Shown here: positions 20,301 to 30,300 of the stretch, piece after piece
How positions within the stretch are numbered: position 1 is the first letter of the stretch
Layout: each line of letters begins with the position of its first letter
Origin: Candidatus Calescibacterium sp.
GTDB taxonomy: Bacteria > Calescibacteriota > Calescibacteriia > Calescibacteriales > Calescibacteriaceae
DNA length: 63,195 nucleotides
Assembly (NCBI GenBank): GCA_032249135.1
Contig: JAVVGL010000011.1
Span: 1-63,195, forward strand
Direction of reading: 5' to 3'
The notes under the pieces: generated by a model
Seen by the model: only the letters and a program-made list of their open reading frames with translations
Databases searched by the model: none
What the model was told of the DNA's origin: nothing
Made by a program: the position numbers and the translations under genes

Positions 20301-20454
20301 AGAGATTTTACCTAAAAATTTCAGTCAAGAAGAGCTCTTTAAAATAAGTTTTTCAAAATTTGAAACAGATTTCTCTTCTTTAATAAGTGGAAATTATCAT
20401 ACATCACCCGTCTGCAACGGAAAAGAAATTTATCTTGTTTTTACTCCACAGTAA
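17386..20454 (+). CDS. Penicillin acylase family (Ntn-hydrolase), exported
   Basis: DRCGVPHIFA, RLFQMDMSRR, processing site A/SNNFVVSG, NDPHL, TANN; N-terminal signal or lipoprotein segment. Confidence 0.88.
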   Translation: MKILSNLKLDKFLFFWIYLIFSIFLFSSSLILCSRKKEGERYRLQNPVHVVIDRCGVPHIFAESDSDAFFVLGYIQAHFRLFQMDMSRRASTGRLAEIFPEMLTQDIIQRMIGFKFISEKTLESFKDIGMLKKVQAFVDGINQYIDDAKEGREFGGIKAQIPLQYQIIKAEPQYFSVVDVIAVGKNRSFDLSGGGLIDLASKLMQLIFGDKFEKIFSISPLEKVKVVDDFPRLRITPFSSSGQNINRKEIENLVDAISQKLRNLKFPIPLASNNFVVSGKITKTGYPILENDPHLDVISPSTFFPVQINSPEYSVKGFTFPGIPVVLVGASDNVCWGVTTTLIDTMDIVFSEVVKDGDKFFVWWGGKKIQAEPIEEEVKYRDGNNFRSVKIKILYVPNIGVVLDAGNIEGFSSILSFLFNILGTEAGGENEFVNNIRKLLKYVFTVGIVSDEQKDKVPNLGIILAWPGYKPTSEIAAFYGLGHVKDIFEAMTQVKFFQVGIQNFIVADIKGNIGYFPHGEIPIRPQGVKPYLPDLSERLFWVGFLSPDFIPRAINPTSGYIVTANNDIVGTSFDNDPMNERFYLGPVYDFGFRAKNISSLIEKNKQNIDKITAAHILNSAESELAKLFLNVFFKFISDEDIQAISGNEEKKEFIRFMLEKLKSWDFQNDVNSPEPLYYEMIMRMSFTSFAWENFIKRFFPARLSDILISALKGTEFEGIAKAIYEVGLVPLSTALFDLVSDPQVIIRSAFPVISGEKGEVCPKETADVSTQDMRKILLGDDLCPKDEFLKAISKTADFLIQNAKKCKKELNGTCAEFICKEGDPKNCVLGDFVGKKFNYLIDIPQKELFEPTYYGNKYFRKSAGTGLVYAADFEPVKLSGKVETKEDLSSVSLDFKEPSAEKEFVAFEVSSSGQTLKYICEAKPTGTEVWFAIPGGVADDPVSPYFANMITAWACQREWLRGVTQGYCAIPKEILPKNFSQEELFKISFSKFETDFSSLISGNYHTSPVCNGKEIYLVFTPQ

Positions 20455-20536
20455 AACAAAAAATAAAAAGTCGCAAAAAAATAAAAAGTCGCAAAAATTG
20501 AAAATCAAATTTTTTTGAGTTAATAGATAGTGAGCG

Positions 20537-21091
20537 ATGAAAATGCAAGAAAAAGATATAGCCTTTCTTGATAGTTTGATAAGGAGAGTCCCTGACTTTC
20601 CAAAGAAAGGAATACTGTTTTATGATATAAGTACTCTTTTGAAAGATGCAAAAGGTTTTTCACTCGCAATAGACCTTATTGCAGAAAAACTTGTGGAAAA
20701 TATAAATTTAGATAAAATAACGAAGTTTTTGAGCATTGAATCTCGTGGCTTTATTTTTGGAGCAGCTCTTGCGTATAGGTTCAAAAAGGGATTAGTTATA
20801 GTCAGAAAAGAGGGGAAGCTCCCGGCGGAAACAATATCTTACTCTTACGGTCTTGAATACGGAGTTGCAACAGTTGAGATGCATGTTGACGCGATAGAAA
20901 ATGGTGACATCCTTGTAATAGTTGATGACCTTCTTGCAACAGGAGGAACAGCTCTTGCAACTTTAAAATTAGCTGAAGATTTGGGAGGTCAAGTTTTAGC
21001 CTGTGCTTTCCTTATAGAACTTGAAAAACTCGGGGGAAGAAAAAAATTAGAAGAAAAAGGTGTAAAGATAATTTCAGTTCTGAAATATTAA
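20537..21091 (+). CDS. apt: Adenine phosphoribosyltransferase
   Basis: PDFPKKGILFYDI, ESRGF, VRKEGKLP, VDDLLATGGT. Confidence 0.96.
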   Translation: MKMQEKDIAFLDSLIRRVPDFPKKGILFYDISTLLKDAKGFSLAIDLIAEKLVENINLDKITKFLSIESRGFIFGAALAYRFKKGLVIVRKEGKLPAETISYSYGLEYGVATVEMHVDAIENGDILVIVDDLLATGGTALATLKLAEDLGGQVLACAFLIELEKLGGRKKLEEKGVKIISVLKY

Positions 21092-21222
21092 AGATTATTT
21101 TTTTATTTGCACAAAGAAATAATTTTTCTTGAAGTTGGTGGAAAAATTGAAAAAAGATAGCTAAAATAAAAAGGAAGAATCAAAAATAATTCCAACAAAA
21201 TAAAAAGGGAGGTGGAAAGGCA

Positions 21223-23193
21223 ATGATAAATATTCCAGAGGAAACATTAAGGTGGTTTCAGGGAGATGAGCTCAGGGCAAGGGTCTTTTATGAAAAATAT
21301 GCTCTGCGCGACTTTGATGGCAACATAATTGAGAAAACACCTCCTGAAATGTGGAGAAGGGTCGCAAGAGAAATAGCATCTCAGGAGAAAACTCCAGAGC
21401 TCCAAAAAGAGTGGGAAAAAAGATTTTATAGCATTCTTGAAGATTTCAAATTTGTTCCGGGTGGCAGAATTATGTTTGGTGCTGGAAATCCTCGGAAAGC
21501 TACTCTCCTGAACTGCTACTACATACCTATAAAGGAAGATTCAATAGAGGGAATTTTTGATTGCGCAAAAGAGATGGCAAGAACCTATTCTTATGGCGGA
21601 GGTGTAGGAATAGATATAACAATTTTAAGACCGAAGGGGAGTCCTGTTTCTAACTCTGCTATTTTCTCAACAGGTGCTGTTTCTTTTATGGACCTTTTCT
21701 CAAAAGTTACAGGAACGATAGGTCAAGCCGGCAGACGAGGTGCCCTCATGATTACCTTAGAAGTCCGACATCCAGATGTCTTTGATTTCATAGATGTCAA
21801 AGATGATCCTCTGAGATTAAGTGTCAGATACGCAAACATATCTTTGAAAATAACAGACGATTTTATGAAAGCTGTCAAAGAAGATGGACTATTTACTTTG
21901 TGGTTTGAAAATGAGAGAGTAAAAAGAATTGAGTATAAAGTGAGGGCTCGTGATATTTGGGAAAGACTTGTAAAAAGAGCTTGGAGTTCTGCTGAACCGG
22001 GAGTTATATTCTGGGATACTGCAAAAAGATACTCCCCAACAGAATACGATGAGAAGATGGCAATAAAAGGGTGTAATCCGTGTTCAGAGCAGATGCTTGA
22101 AGATTACGGCTGCTGCAATTTGGGAAACATAAATCTTTCAAAATTCGTGAAAAACCCATTCAAGAAAAAGCCAGATGTTGAAAAATTCTGGAAACTTGTT
22201 TATGAAAAATCTCCCGATGAGGCTATGGATTATGCTGAAAAGAAGGGATGGGCTTATCCAGACCTCAAAGAGCTTGAAAAAGTCATAAGATATGGAATGA
22301 GATTTTTGGATAACGTTTTAGATTATTCTGCTCCGCGTCATCCACTTCCTCAACAGAGGGAAGCAAGTCTTTACACAAGAAGAACAGGGCTTGGTGCCAC
22401 TGGGCTTGCTGACTTCCTTGCTATGATGAGAATAAAATATGACACAGATGAAGCGGTCTTTATGATGGATAAACTATTTGAATTCATAAAAAACATAGCG
22501 TATGATGAAAGTACAGAGTTATCAAAAGAAAAAGGTCCTTTCCCGGCATTTCAAAGAGAAAAACATGTTGAAATGCCATTTTTGAAACCAAGTAGTAATG
22601 GTCATGGGATAAGGGAAGATATACTTGAAAAAATTTGGAATTACGGATTGAGAAATGCGTGCCTCCTTACAATTCCGCCAGTTGGTTCAGGGGCAATCCT
22701 TGCGGGAACAACAGGTGGAATTGAGCCTATATTTGCTATCTCATACATAAGAAGGTCAGAATCTTTATCTCGTGGTACATATAAGGTTTATCATCCTCTT
22801 GTTGCAGCTTATCTTGCTGAGTTCGGGGGAGATGAAAGGAACCTGCCGGACTTTTTTGTTACGGCTCATCAAATAGACCCAAAGATGCGTGTCAAAATTC
22901 AAGGAACAATACAGAAACATATTGATTCATCTATATCATCAACTGTAAATTTACCGTCTCATACAACCCCGGAAGAGATAGGAAGAATATATGAGTTAGC
23001 ATGGGAACTTGGATGCAAGGGTATAACCGTTTATAGGGAAGGGTCAAGGGAAGGAATCCTAATAACAGAGGAAAAAGCTTCAAAATCTGATTCGGAAGTT
23101 TCTATTTTTGTTAGCGAGTGTCCAGAATGTGGGGGAAGGCTAAAAAAAGCAAATTCGCATCATATATGTAAATCATGTGGAATAACAATATGA
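21223..23193 (+). CDS. nrdJ: Class II (adenosylcobalamin-dependent) ribonucleotide reductase
   Basis: PGGRIM, NCY, GGGVG, RRGALM, NPCSEQ, GIEP, KGITVYREGSR, C-terminal Zn ribbon; no beta-subunit gene adjacent. Confidence 0.88.
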   Translation: MINIPEETLRWFQGDELRARVFYEKYALRDFDGNIIEKTPPEMWRRVAREIASQEKTPELQKEWEKRFYSILEDFKFVPGGRIMFGAGNPRKATLLNCYYIPIKEDSIEGIFDCAKEMARTYSYGGGVGIDITILRPKGSPVSNSAIFSTGAVSFMDLFSKVTGTIGQAGRRGALMITLEVRHPDVFDFIDVKDDPLRLSVRYANISLKITDDFMKAVKEDGLFTLWFENERVKRIEYKVRARDIWERLVKRAWSSAEPGVIFWDTAKRYSPTEYDEKMAIKGCNPCSEQMLEDYGCCNLGNINLSKFVKNPFKKKPDVEKFWKLVYEKSPDEAMDYAEKKGWAYPDLKELEKVIRYGMRFLDNVLDYSAPRHPLPQQREASLYTRRTGLGATGLADFLAMMRIKYDTDEAVFMMDKLFEFIKNIAYDESTELSKEKGPFPAFQREKHVEMPFLKPSSNGHGIREDILEKIWNYGLRNACLLTIPPVGSGAILAGTTGGIEPIFAISYIRRSESLSRGTYKVYHPLVAAYLAEFGGDERNLPDFFVTAHQIDPKMRVKIQGTIQKHIDSSISSTVNLPSHTTPEEIGRIYELAWELGCKGITVYREGSREGILITEEKASKSDSEVSIFVSECPECGGRLKKANSHHICKSCGITI

Positions 23194-23223
23194 AAAATAA
23201 ATAATTACTAAATTTACATCTTT

Positions 23224-25005
23224 ATGTGTGGGATTGTCGGATATGTAGGTGAAACCAATGCTCTTTATGTTCTTATTCCGGCGCTCCAAAGACTTGAATA
23301 CAGAGGCTATGATTCCGCCGGTATTGCGGTCATAAAAGATGGAAAAATAAAGGTTGCAAAGAAAAAAGGAAAAATCTCTCAACTTATATCTTACCTTTCA
23401 GAAATAGATTTTCCAACTTATGCAAATATAGGAATAGGACATACAAGATGGGCAACTCATGGGGAACCATCAGATAATAATGCTCATCCACATTTAGATT
23501 GCACAGGGAAAATAACGGTTGTCCATAATGGAATAATAGAAAACTTTGCTGAGATAAAATCTGAACTTATTTCAAGACATTCTTTCTCATCTGAAACTGA
23601 TACAGAAATTATAGCTCACCTTATAGAAGAGGAAATTAAAACTTGCAAAGTTGATTTTGAAACAGCTTTTGAGAAAGCAATATCAAAGATTGATGGAACA
23701 TGGGCGATAGCCTCTTTTCACTCTGATGAGCCAGACAAAATAATTTGTGCAAGAAAAGGTGCACCTCTGGTCATAGGAATTTGGGATAAAGGTTTCATAA
23801 TTTCTTCTGATATACCCTCTTTACTTCCTTTCACAAGAAAAATAATACCTCTTGACGATGGAGATATTGCCGTTGTTTCTTCAAAATCAGTGAAAATAAA
23901 AAATAAAGGCATTCCCGTTGAGAGAAAATATATTGAGATAAATTGGGATATATCTCAGGCGGAAAAGGGTGGGTTCAGACATTTTATGCTCAAAGAAATT
24001 TTTGAGCAACCACATGTTGTTGAAGATACAATAAAAGAATTCATCTCTATATGGGATGAGGTAAAATCAAAGTTCTTGAGGAACAAAAGGTTTGTGATTG
24101 CAGCTTGTGGAACTTCTTATCATGCTGGGCTTTTGGGGAAATTGTGGTTAGAACATATTGCTCGTGTTAGAGTTGAGGTAGATTATGCTTCTGAGATAAG
24201 GTACAAAGATTTTGATTTTTCTGATACGGTTTTGATTGCAATAAGCCAATCTGGTGAAACTGCTGATACACTTGAAGCTGCAAGAAAAGCAAAAGCAGAA
24301 GGTGTTGAGGTTGTAGCTCTGGTAAATATATTGGGCTCAACTCTTGCTCGTGAATCAGATATAGTTTTGCATACTAATGCCGGTCCTGAAATAGGAGTTG
24401 CTGCAACTAAAACTTTTTTGTCTCAAATCACAAGTTTATATCTTCTTGCAGTTATGCTTTCAGGTGAAGGTAAAAACTCTGAATTTGTAAAAAACATAAG
24501 AGCGATTCCAGATAAAATTGCTCAGGTTTTAAATCAGAATGATTTAATAGAAAGTATAGCGGAAGACATATCAAATTTCAAGCACGCTCTTTACCTTGGT
24601 AGATGGCTCTCTTATCCCGTTGCAATGGAGGGAGCTTTAAAACTCAAAGAAATTTCTTATATCCATGCAGAAGCTTATCCTGCAGGAGAGATGAAGCATG
24701 GTCCCATTGCCTTAATTTCTCCGGAGTTCCTCAGCGTTTTTATAGCTCCACAAGATAGAGTTTTCAAAAAAACAATTTCAAATCTTATGGAAGTCAAAGC
24801 AAGACATGGGAAGATAATTCTTGTATCAGATTCTCATGTGCAAATTCCTGAAGTTGTAACGATAACAATACCATCAGTTCCTGAGCTTCTTTCTCCTTTT
24901 GTTTCAATCCCTGTTTTGCAGCTTCTTGCGTATCATACGGCTGTGATTTTAGGACATGATGTAGATCAACCTCGTAATCTTGCTAAAAGTGTTACAGTAG
25001 AGTGA
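23224..25005 (+). CDS. glmS: Glutamine--fructose-6-phosphate aminotransferase
   Basis: MCGIVG, LEYRGYDSAG, GHTRWATHG, SQSGET, RNLAKSVTVE. Confidence 0.98.
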   Translation: MCGIVGYVGETNALYVLIPALQRLEYRGYDSAGIAVIKDGKIKVAKKKGKISQLISYLSEIDFPTYANIGIGHTRWATHGEPSDNNAHPHLDCTGKITVVHNGIIENFAEIKSELISRHSFSSETDTEIIAHLIEEEIKTCKVDFETAFEKAISKIDGTWAIASFHSDEPDKIICARKGAPLVIGIWDKGFIISSDIPSLLPFTRKIIPLDDGDIAVVSSKSVKIKNKGIPVERKYIEINWDISQAEKGGFRHFMLKEIFEQPHVVEDTIKEFISIWDEVKSKFLRNKRFVIAACGTSYHAGLLGKLWLEHIARVRVEVDYASEIRYKDFDFSDTVLIAISQSGETADTLEAARKAKAEGVEVVALVNILGSTLARESDIVLHTNAGPEIGVAATKTFLSQITSLYLLAVMLSGEGKNSEFVKNIRAIPDKIAQVLNQNDLIESIAEDISNFKHALYLGRWLSYPVAMEGALKLKEISYIHAEAYPAGEMKHGPIALISPEFLSVFIAPQDRVFKKTISNLMEVKARHGKIILVSDSHVQIPEVVTITIPSVPELLSPFVSIPVLQLLAYHTAVILGHDVDQPRNLAKSVTVE

Positions 25006-25031
25006 AAAAATTCAAAGTAGAAAGAGAAAAT

Positions 25032-25730
25032 TCAAAAGACACTTTTTATTTTCCTTTTTATTTTATCAAGTATTCCTTCTTTTTTGCTATCTTCAAATTG
25101 AGCTACGAAAACTAAATCAACGTCTTTACCAACATATTCTTCCGCAGGAATTATCCAAAGAACTTTTCTTGATGATAAAATTTTCCCGTTTGTGCTTATG
25201 ACCTTACCTGGGAACTCAACTTCAATAGTTGATTTCAAATCTCTGAACATTGATTTGAGTAATTCTCTTTGATGTAGTTCTCCTCTTATTCTGTAATATC
25301 CTCTGAACTCTTTTTTCCCATTTCCGAGATCTTCCACGGTATATTTTGAGAATGCGTCTGAAAGTTTTGATATATCTTTGAATTCAAATTCAACCCATAC
25401 TCTCATCATATTTTCGTTCTCGTAAGCGCTACCAGTTCTTATAACTTTGAATCCTTCTTTTTTTGCTACAATTTCAGCGAGTTTATCTTCGTTTATCGCT
25501 AATTTTTCTTCATCAGGGGCTGAGTATATTCCTTTTGCTATTATGTAGTCAATTCTGCCGTATCCAGAACCATCTCCGTTTAATTTGAATTTTGCGTGAA
25601 TTTCTATGCATGAAATCAGATGAAGAATTGCCAATATTAAGATCAAGAAAGAGAGTTTTTTTCTATAAGAAGAGTTTTTTTCTATTAAATTTGCTTTTAT
25701 TTTGTTCCTTCTTGTTTTTGGCATATTCAT
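25032..25730 (-). CDS. Lipoprotein, LppM/DUF3153-like
   Basis: Lipobox LISC, LNGDGSG, VEFPGKVISTNG..VLW. Confidence 0.65.
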   Translation of the reverse strand: MNMPKTRRNKIKANLIEKNSSYRKKLSFLILILAILHLISCIEIHAKFKLNGDGSGYGRIDYIIAKGIYSAPDEEKLAINEDKLAEIVAKKEGFKVIRTGSAYENENMMRVWVEFEFKDISKLSDAFSKYTVEDLGNGKKEFRGYYRIRGELHQRELLKSMFRDLKSTIEVEFPGKVISTNGKILSSRKVLWIIPAEEYVGKDVDLVFVAQFEDSKKEGILDKIKRKIKSVF

Positions 25731-25772
25731 ATGTAAATTTATATTAGTTTTAAAAACTTATCTTTTCTACTA

Positions 25773-27041
25773 CTACATTATTGATCTATTTATTTCAAGT
25801 ATTGGGACTATTACAGAAAGCATGATAAAAAATATCATAGCTCCTATTGAGAGAATAAGAATGGGCTCTATAAGAGATGTGACACCTGAAAGGAATGTTT
25901 CAAGTTCGGAAGATGTTATTTGAGATATGTTCCAGAACATTTTTTCAATCTCTCCTGACCTTTCCCCTACTGCTATCATATTTGCTATCATCGGCGGGAA
26001 AATATCAGATTCTGCAAAACGTTCAGATATATTTCTTCCCTCTATTGCGTACTCTTTACTTTCTCTTAAAACTTTTTTTATATGTACATTCGTTGAAATT
26101 TCCTCTGCCGTTTCTATTGCTTTGACAAGTGGAACGCCTGCTCGTGTAAGTGTTGCAAGAGTAGAAAATATTCTGTATGTTTCCCCAAGAATATGTATCT
26201 TTGAATAAATAGGAATTTTTAGTCTCAGAAGGTCAAAATTATATCTTATCTTTGGAATGGAAAGAATTTTTTTTCTTAAAAGAAATAATATAACTGATCC
26301 AAGGAGAAAATAAGGTGCGGTTGCGGAGAAAATTTTAGAAAATGTTATGAGTAGTCTTGTATATATTGGTAAAGATTTCCCCACATCTTCAAGAAGTTGG
26401 GCTATCTTTGGAACAACAAAACTCAAAAGAACCCATACAACTATTCCCATAACAGAAATGATGAATATTGGATACACCATAGCAGATGTTATCTTTGACT
26501 TTAATGCTATCTGCTTTTCAAGATATTCTCCAAGATCTTCCATTACTTTGTCAAGCTCCCCCGAAGTCTCACCTGACCTCACCATTCCTATGTATATTTC
26601 AGGGAAAATATTTCTGTGCTCTGACAAAACCTGAGAGAAAGATTTACCTGATTTTATTCCTTCCGAAAGCGATATTATGACTTGCCGAAGTGACAATTTT
26701 CTTGTTTGTTTCGCTATTGTATCAAGAGAATCTGTTAGAGATATCCCGGCTTTCAGAAGTGAAGCCACTTGCCTTGAAAAAACTGCTATATCTTGTCTTG
26801 AAATTCTTGAGAAAGGTGATATATTTAAATCTAATTTCAGGTTCAGATTGAGTTTCGCGAGTGAGTTCCCTGATTTTTTCCCTTGATTTGGTCTATCTTT
26901 TTTTTGTATAGCTTCGCTTATTTTTGTTACGATTATCCCTTCTTCTTTTAATTTTGTCAGTGCATCTTTTATTGAGTTGGTTTCTATTACGCCTTTTATT
27001 TTTTTACCGTTTTTTACTCCCGAATATGAGAAAACTGCCAT
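25773..27041 (-). CDS. Type II secretion / type IV pilus inner-membrane platform protein (GspF/PilC)
   Basis: FSRQVASLLKAGI, GETSGEL, AMVYP, GERSGE, LIEP; two repeated domains. Confidence 0.92.
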   Translation of the reverse strand: MAVFSYSGVKNGKKIKGVIETNSIKDALTKLKEEGIIVTKISEAIQKKDRPNQGKKSGNSLAKLNLNLKLDLNISPFSRISRQDIAVFSRQVASLLKAGISLTDSLDTIAKQTRKLSLRQVIISLSEGIKSGKSFSQVLSEHRNIFPEIYIGMVRSGETSGELDKVMEDLGEYLEKQIALKSKITSAMVYPIFIISVMGIVVWVLLSFVVPKIAQLLEDVGKSLPIYTRLLITFSKIFSATAPYFLLGSVILFLLRKKILSIPKIRYNFDLLRLKIPIYSKIHILGETYRIFSTLATLTRAGVPLVKAIETAEEISTNVHIKKVLRESKEYAIEGRNISERFAESDIFPPMIANMIAVGERSGEIEKMFWNISQITSSELETFLSGVTSLIEPILILSIGAMIFFIMLSVIVPILEINRSIM

Positions 27042-27138
27042 ATATATAACTAAATTTTATTTTTAACACTCTATTGTTAAAAATTTGTTTGAAAATTACA
27101 AAATTACTTCTTATTAATAATTATAAATCGTCCCATTC

Positions 27139-27238
27139 GCAATTAGTCCTTTATTGGCTTTTTGGGGGCTACACTGGAAACGAGATTTTTATCACTGCGA
27201 CAAAGCCTAGGATTGCTCAAAAACTCGCTTTTTTTTTT
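27139..27238 (+). promoter_or_regulatory. Candidate structured leader/attenuator ending in T10
   Basis: Complementary blocks GCAAT/ATTGC, TCCT/AGGA, GGCTTT/AAAGCC, and alternatively CGAGATTTTT/AAAAACTCG followed by ten Ts. Confidence 0.35.
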
Positions 27239-27303
27239 GCTGCAATGATTATATTTTTTTTATAAGAAAAAACAGATAATTAACAACTTGGAGATAAAGA
27301 TAT

Positions 27304-30300
27304 ATGTTATCATTTCAAGGTAAAAGATTAGTTTATTATCTTTTTCTTTTTTCTTCTCTTCTTTCTTTTTCATTCCAGAAAGTAAGTGAGGGGAATTTAA
27401 TTTCGGATTCTGAAAAATTTTTTTTAAACCAAAATCCAAAATCTTTATTTTCTTCCTCTTCTTCAAACCAAAGAATAAAGGAAAAAGGAACTAGTTTTTC
27501 TTGTGGCTCTGGAAGAGGCGGAGGTAGTGGTGGTTCAGGTGGTGGAGGTTCATTGGGAGGAGGCGGTGATTTGCCCCCTCAGCCGAAAGGATATATCCTC
27601 CTGAAAGTATCAAATGCTAACTCAAATTCTCCCGTTGAAAATGCAATAGTCTATGTCAATGGAGTTCAAACTGCAACAACATCAGGGGAGGGAACTGCTT
27701 TTTTTCCACTTGAACCAGATAAATATCTTATAAAAGTATCTGCACAAGGCTTTGCTGATTCTTTCTTTTCAGTCTCTGTCCAATCAGGTTCAGTTTCTGT
27801 TTTGAATATCAGCCTTGTTCCCTATAGATTTTCTTTTGAATTTAATACATCGTCCGGTGCTCAAGCTTATGATAGAGCATCGGGTGTAAAGATAGTAATA
27901 CCGGCAGGTGGATTACAAAAAGAATCAGGTGGAACATACAACGGAACTGTCATCTTGAAATTATCTTATATAGACCCAAAAGACCCGTTGCAGTTGAAAG
28001 GATTTCCGGGGGATTTCGTGGCTCAAAAGTCAAATGGTGAAAGAGTCTTACTTGAAACATTCGGACCAATAGAAGCAAAACTTTTATCTGAATCTGGAGA
28101 GAAATTAAATCTTCCTCCTGGCGTAGTAGCGGAAGTAAGTTTTCCGATACCAGCAAATATGATAGATTATGTTCCAGATATAGTTCCATTATGGAGTTTT
28201 GATGAGAGCAAAGCAGAATGGATAGAGGAAGGGGTTTTATACAAAGTTTTGGATGAAGATGGTAGATATGTTTTGAAAGGATATGTCTCACATTTTTCGT
28301 GGTGGAACCCAGATATTCCGCAAGATACAACATGTGTGAAAGGGAGGATAAAGGATGAGAGAGGGAATCCACTCGTTGGAGTTCCAGTTTGGTCAGAGGG
28401 AATAGATTATAATGGAGGAGATTTGACTGGAAGAACGCAAAGAAAAACAGATTCAGAGGGTAGATTTTTTACTTTCGTAAAAAAGAATGCAAAATCAAAG
28501 ATAAAAACAGCCCTTGCAGATGGGATAGAGATAGAGCTTGCAGAAATTCAGACAACTTCATCATATCCATCATATTACTTGAAAGATTGGATGCAGAATC
28601 CTCAAAGTGCATGGAGTATATGCCCTGATATAGGGGAATTCAGTTTTGATAAGCTGACGATAATATTGAGATGGGGGAATAAAAAATGCGATCTTGATTT
28701 GCATATAACAGGACCGAAGTCAGGAGGTGGAAGATTTCATATAGCAACAAAAGTGTGGGGGAGAAAATACTTACTATCAGAGATTTTGGGGGATGATTAT
28801 CCAGAAGTAGCGAGTTTGAGTTTAGGAACACAGGGAGTATACAGGGTATCAGTATATCATAATAATCCAAATGATACAGATTGTGGGAGGTTATTGAAGG
28901 ATTCAGGAGCGGTGATACAGGTGTGGAAAGGGAACAGAGTGATAGCGACGGCAAGTCCGCCGAGTACAGGAAGTGGGAATATATGGAAGGCGTTAGATAT
29001 TCAGGTTGGGGCAGATGGAGTGGTGATAACGCCGGTGTTTGAGATAGTATCAGGGGATTATTGTTCTCCGTATCATCCGGATCCATCGTATGAGCAGCCT
29101 TGTCCTACGAACTCACCGCCTACATTTTCAGCTGATGTTCCAACCCAGGTTGAGGGAGGAAGTGTAGTTATAATTCCTCTAAACGTTTCGGATCCGGATG
29201 GGGATTCAGTTGAAGTAGAAATTTTATCAAGTGGGAATTTTGGAAGGTTTTACACGGGCGATGGATATATAGTGTGGGAAACTCCAGATGTGAGAGCAGA
29301 TACAAATATCAATTTTACAATAAGAGTAGATGATTTAAAAGGTGGGATTGTATCTGCAAGTTATTCTGTGCTTGTAAAACCTCTGAATTACTATAAAACC
29401 TGGGAGTTCTACAAGGATGATAGTTCTTTCGGTAAAACTTTTTACGATGTTGCTCTGACAACTGATGGATTTTATACAATTCTTGATAAAGATGGTAGCG
29501 ATGCAATTGTGAAATTTGATAGTAGTGGGCGAATTGTTGGCACTAAAATATTACCAAGAATTTTTGATATTGCAGTAGGTTCAGACGGAGTATATGTTGC
29601 CGAAGATAGAGGCGCAGGTATCTTTGCATTAAGTAAGCATTCGTTTGATCTATCTTCAACATTATGGGAACTGGCTACTACAATAAATGGTAGAAACTTT
29701 ATGGCAGTTGATGTTTTTGGTGATGCTATATATGTAGCTTTTGTTGAGGGAGGAAACTATGTTGTCAAAAAATATTCGCCATCAGGAACGCTTTTATGGA
29801 CTACTTCTTTTCCGAGAAGTGGAAACTTATCTATATGTTGGGTGAATTGTTTGAGGGTGAATAAAGATACAGGAGAAATATACCTTTCTGTTTATGAAGA
29901 TTACTTTTCCGGTCAGGATTATCAAAAAGTATTCAGGATATCACCTTCTGGTTCTGTTTTAGCCTCAAAGACATTCGCAAACTGGGCGCTTGTTCCTATA
30001 TATCCTTCTGGAACATCGTTATATCTTGTAAGGAACTGGAACATTCTTGAGGTTTACGATCAGAGCTTTAATCTTATAAAGTCTGTAAGTATTTGCTCTT
30101 CTTATCCTTCCTTATGTGTTGCTCAATCTTACTACTGGGTAACAGACCTTTTTGTCTATGCTGGAAAGCTTTATGCTTATGCTGGGAAAAGTGTGTATAA
30201 TGATAATCTTGATTGGTTAAGAGATTCATTAGCCTTTTTGGAATTTACTCTGGAGCTTGATCTTGTGCGTATCAAAGATGTAGGTGTAAGTTATAAAAAT

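Noticed and set aside
21223..23193. Intein or intron in nrdJ, or an upstream cobalamin riboswitch or NrdR box
   Set aside because: The ORF is of normal length, with only a roughly 30-aa insertion lacking splice motifs, and the 131-bp upstream gap shows no such element.
27160..27216. Calling the leader a c-di-GMP-I riboswitch
   Set aside because: Only fragments (GAAA loop, CAAAGCC) resemble the consensus, and the spacing and stems do not fit. Kept only as an unassigned candidate structure.
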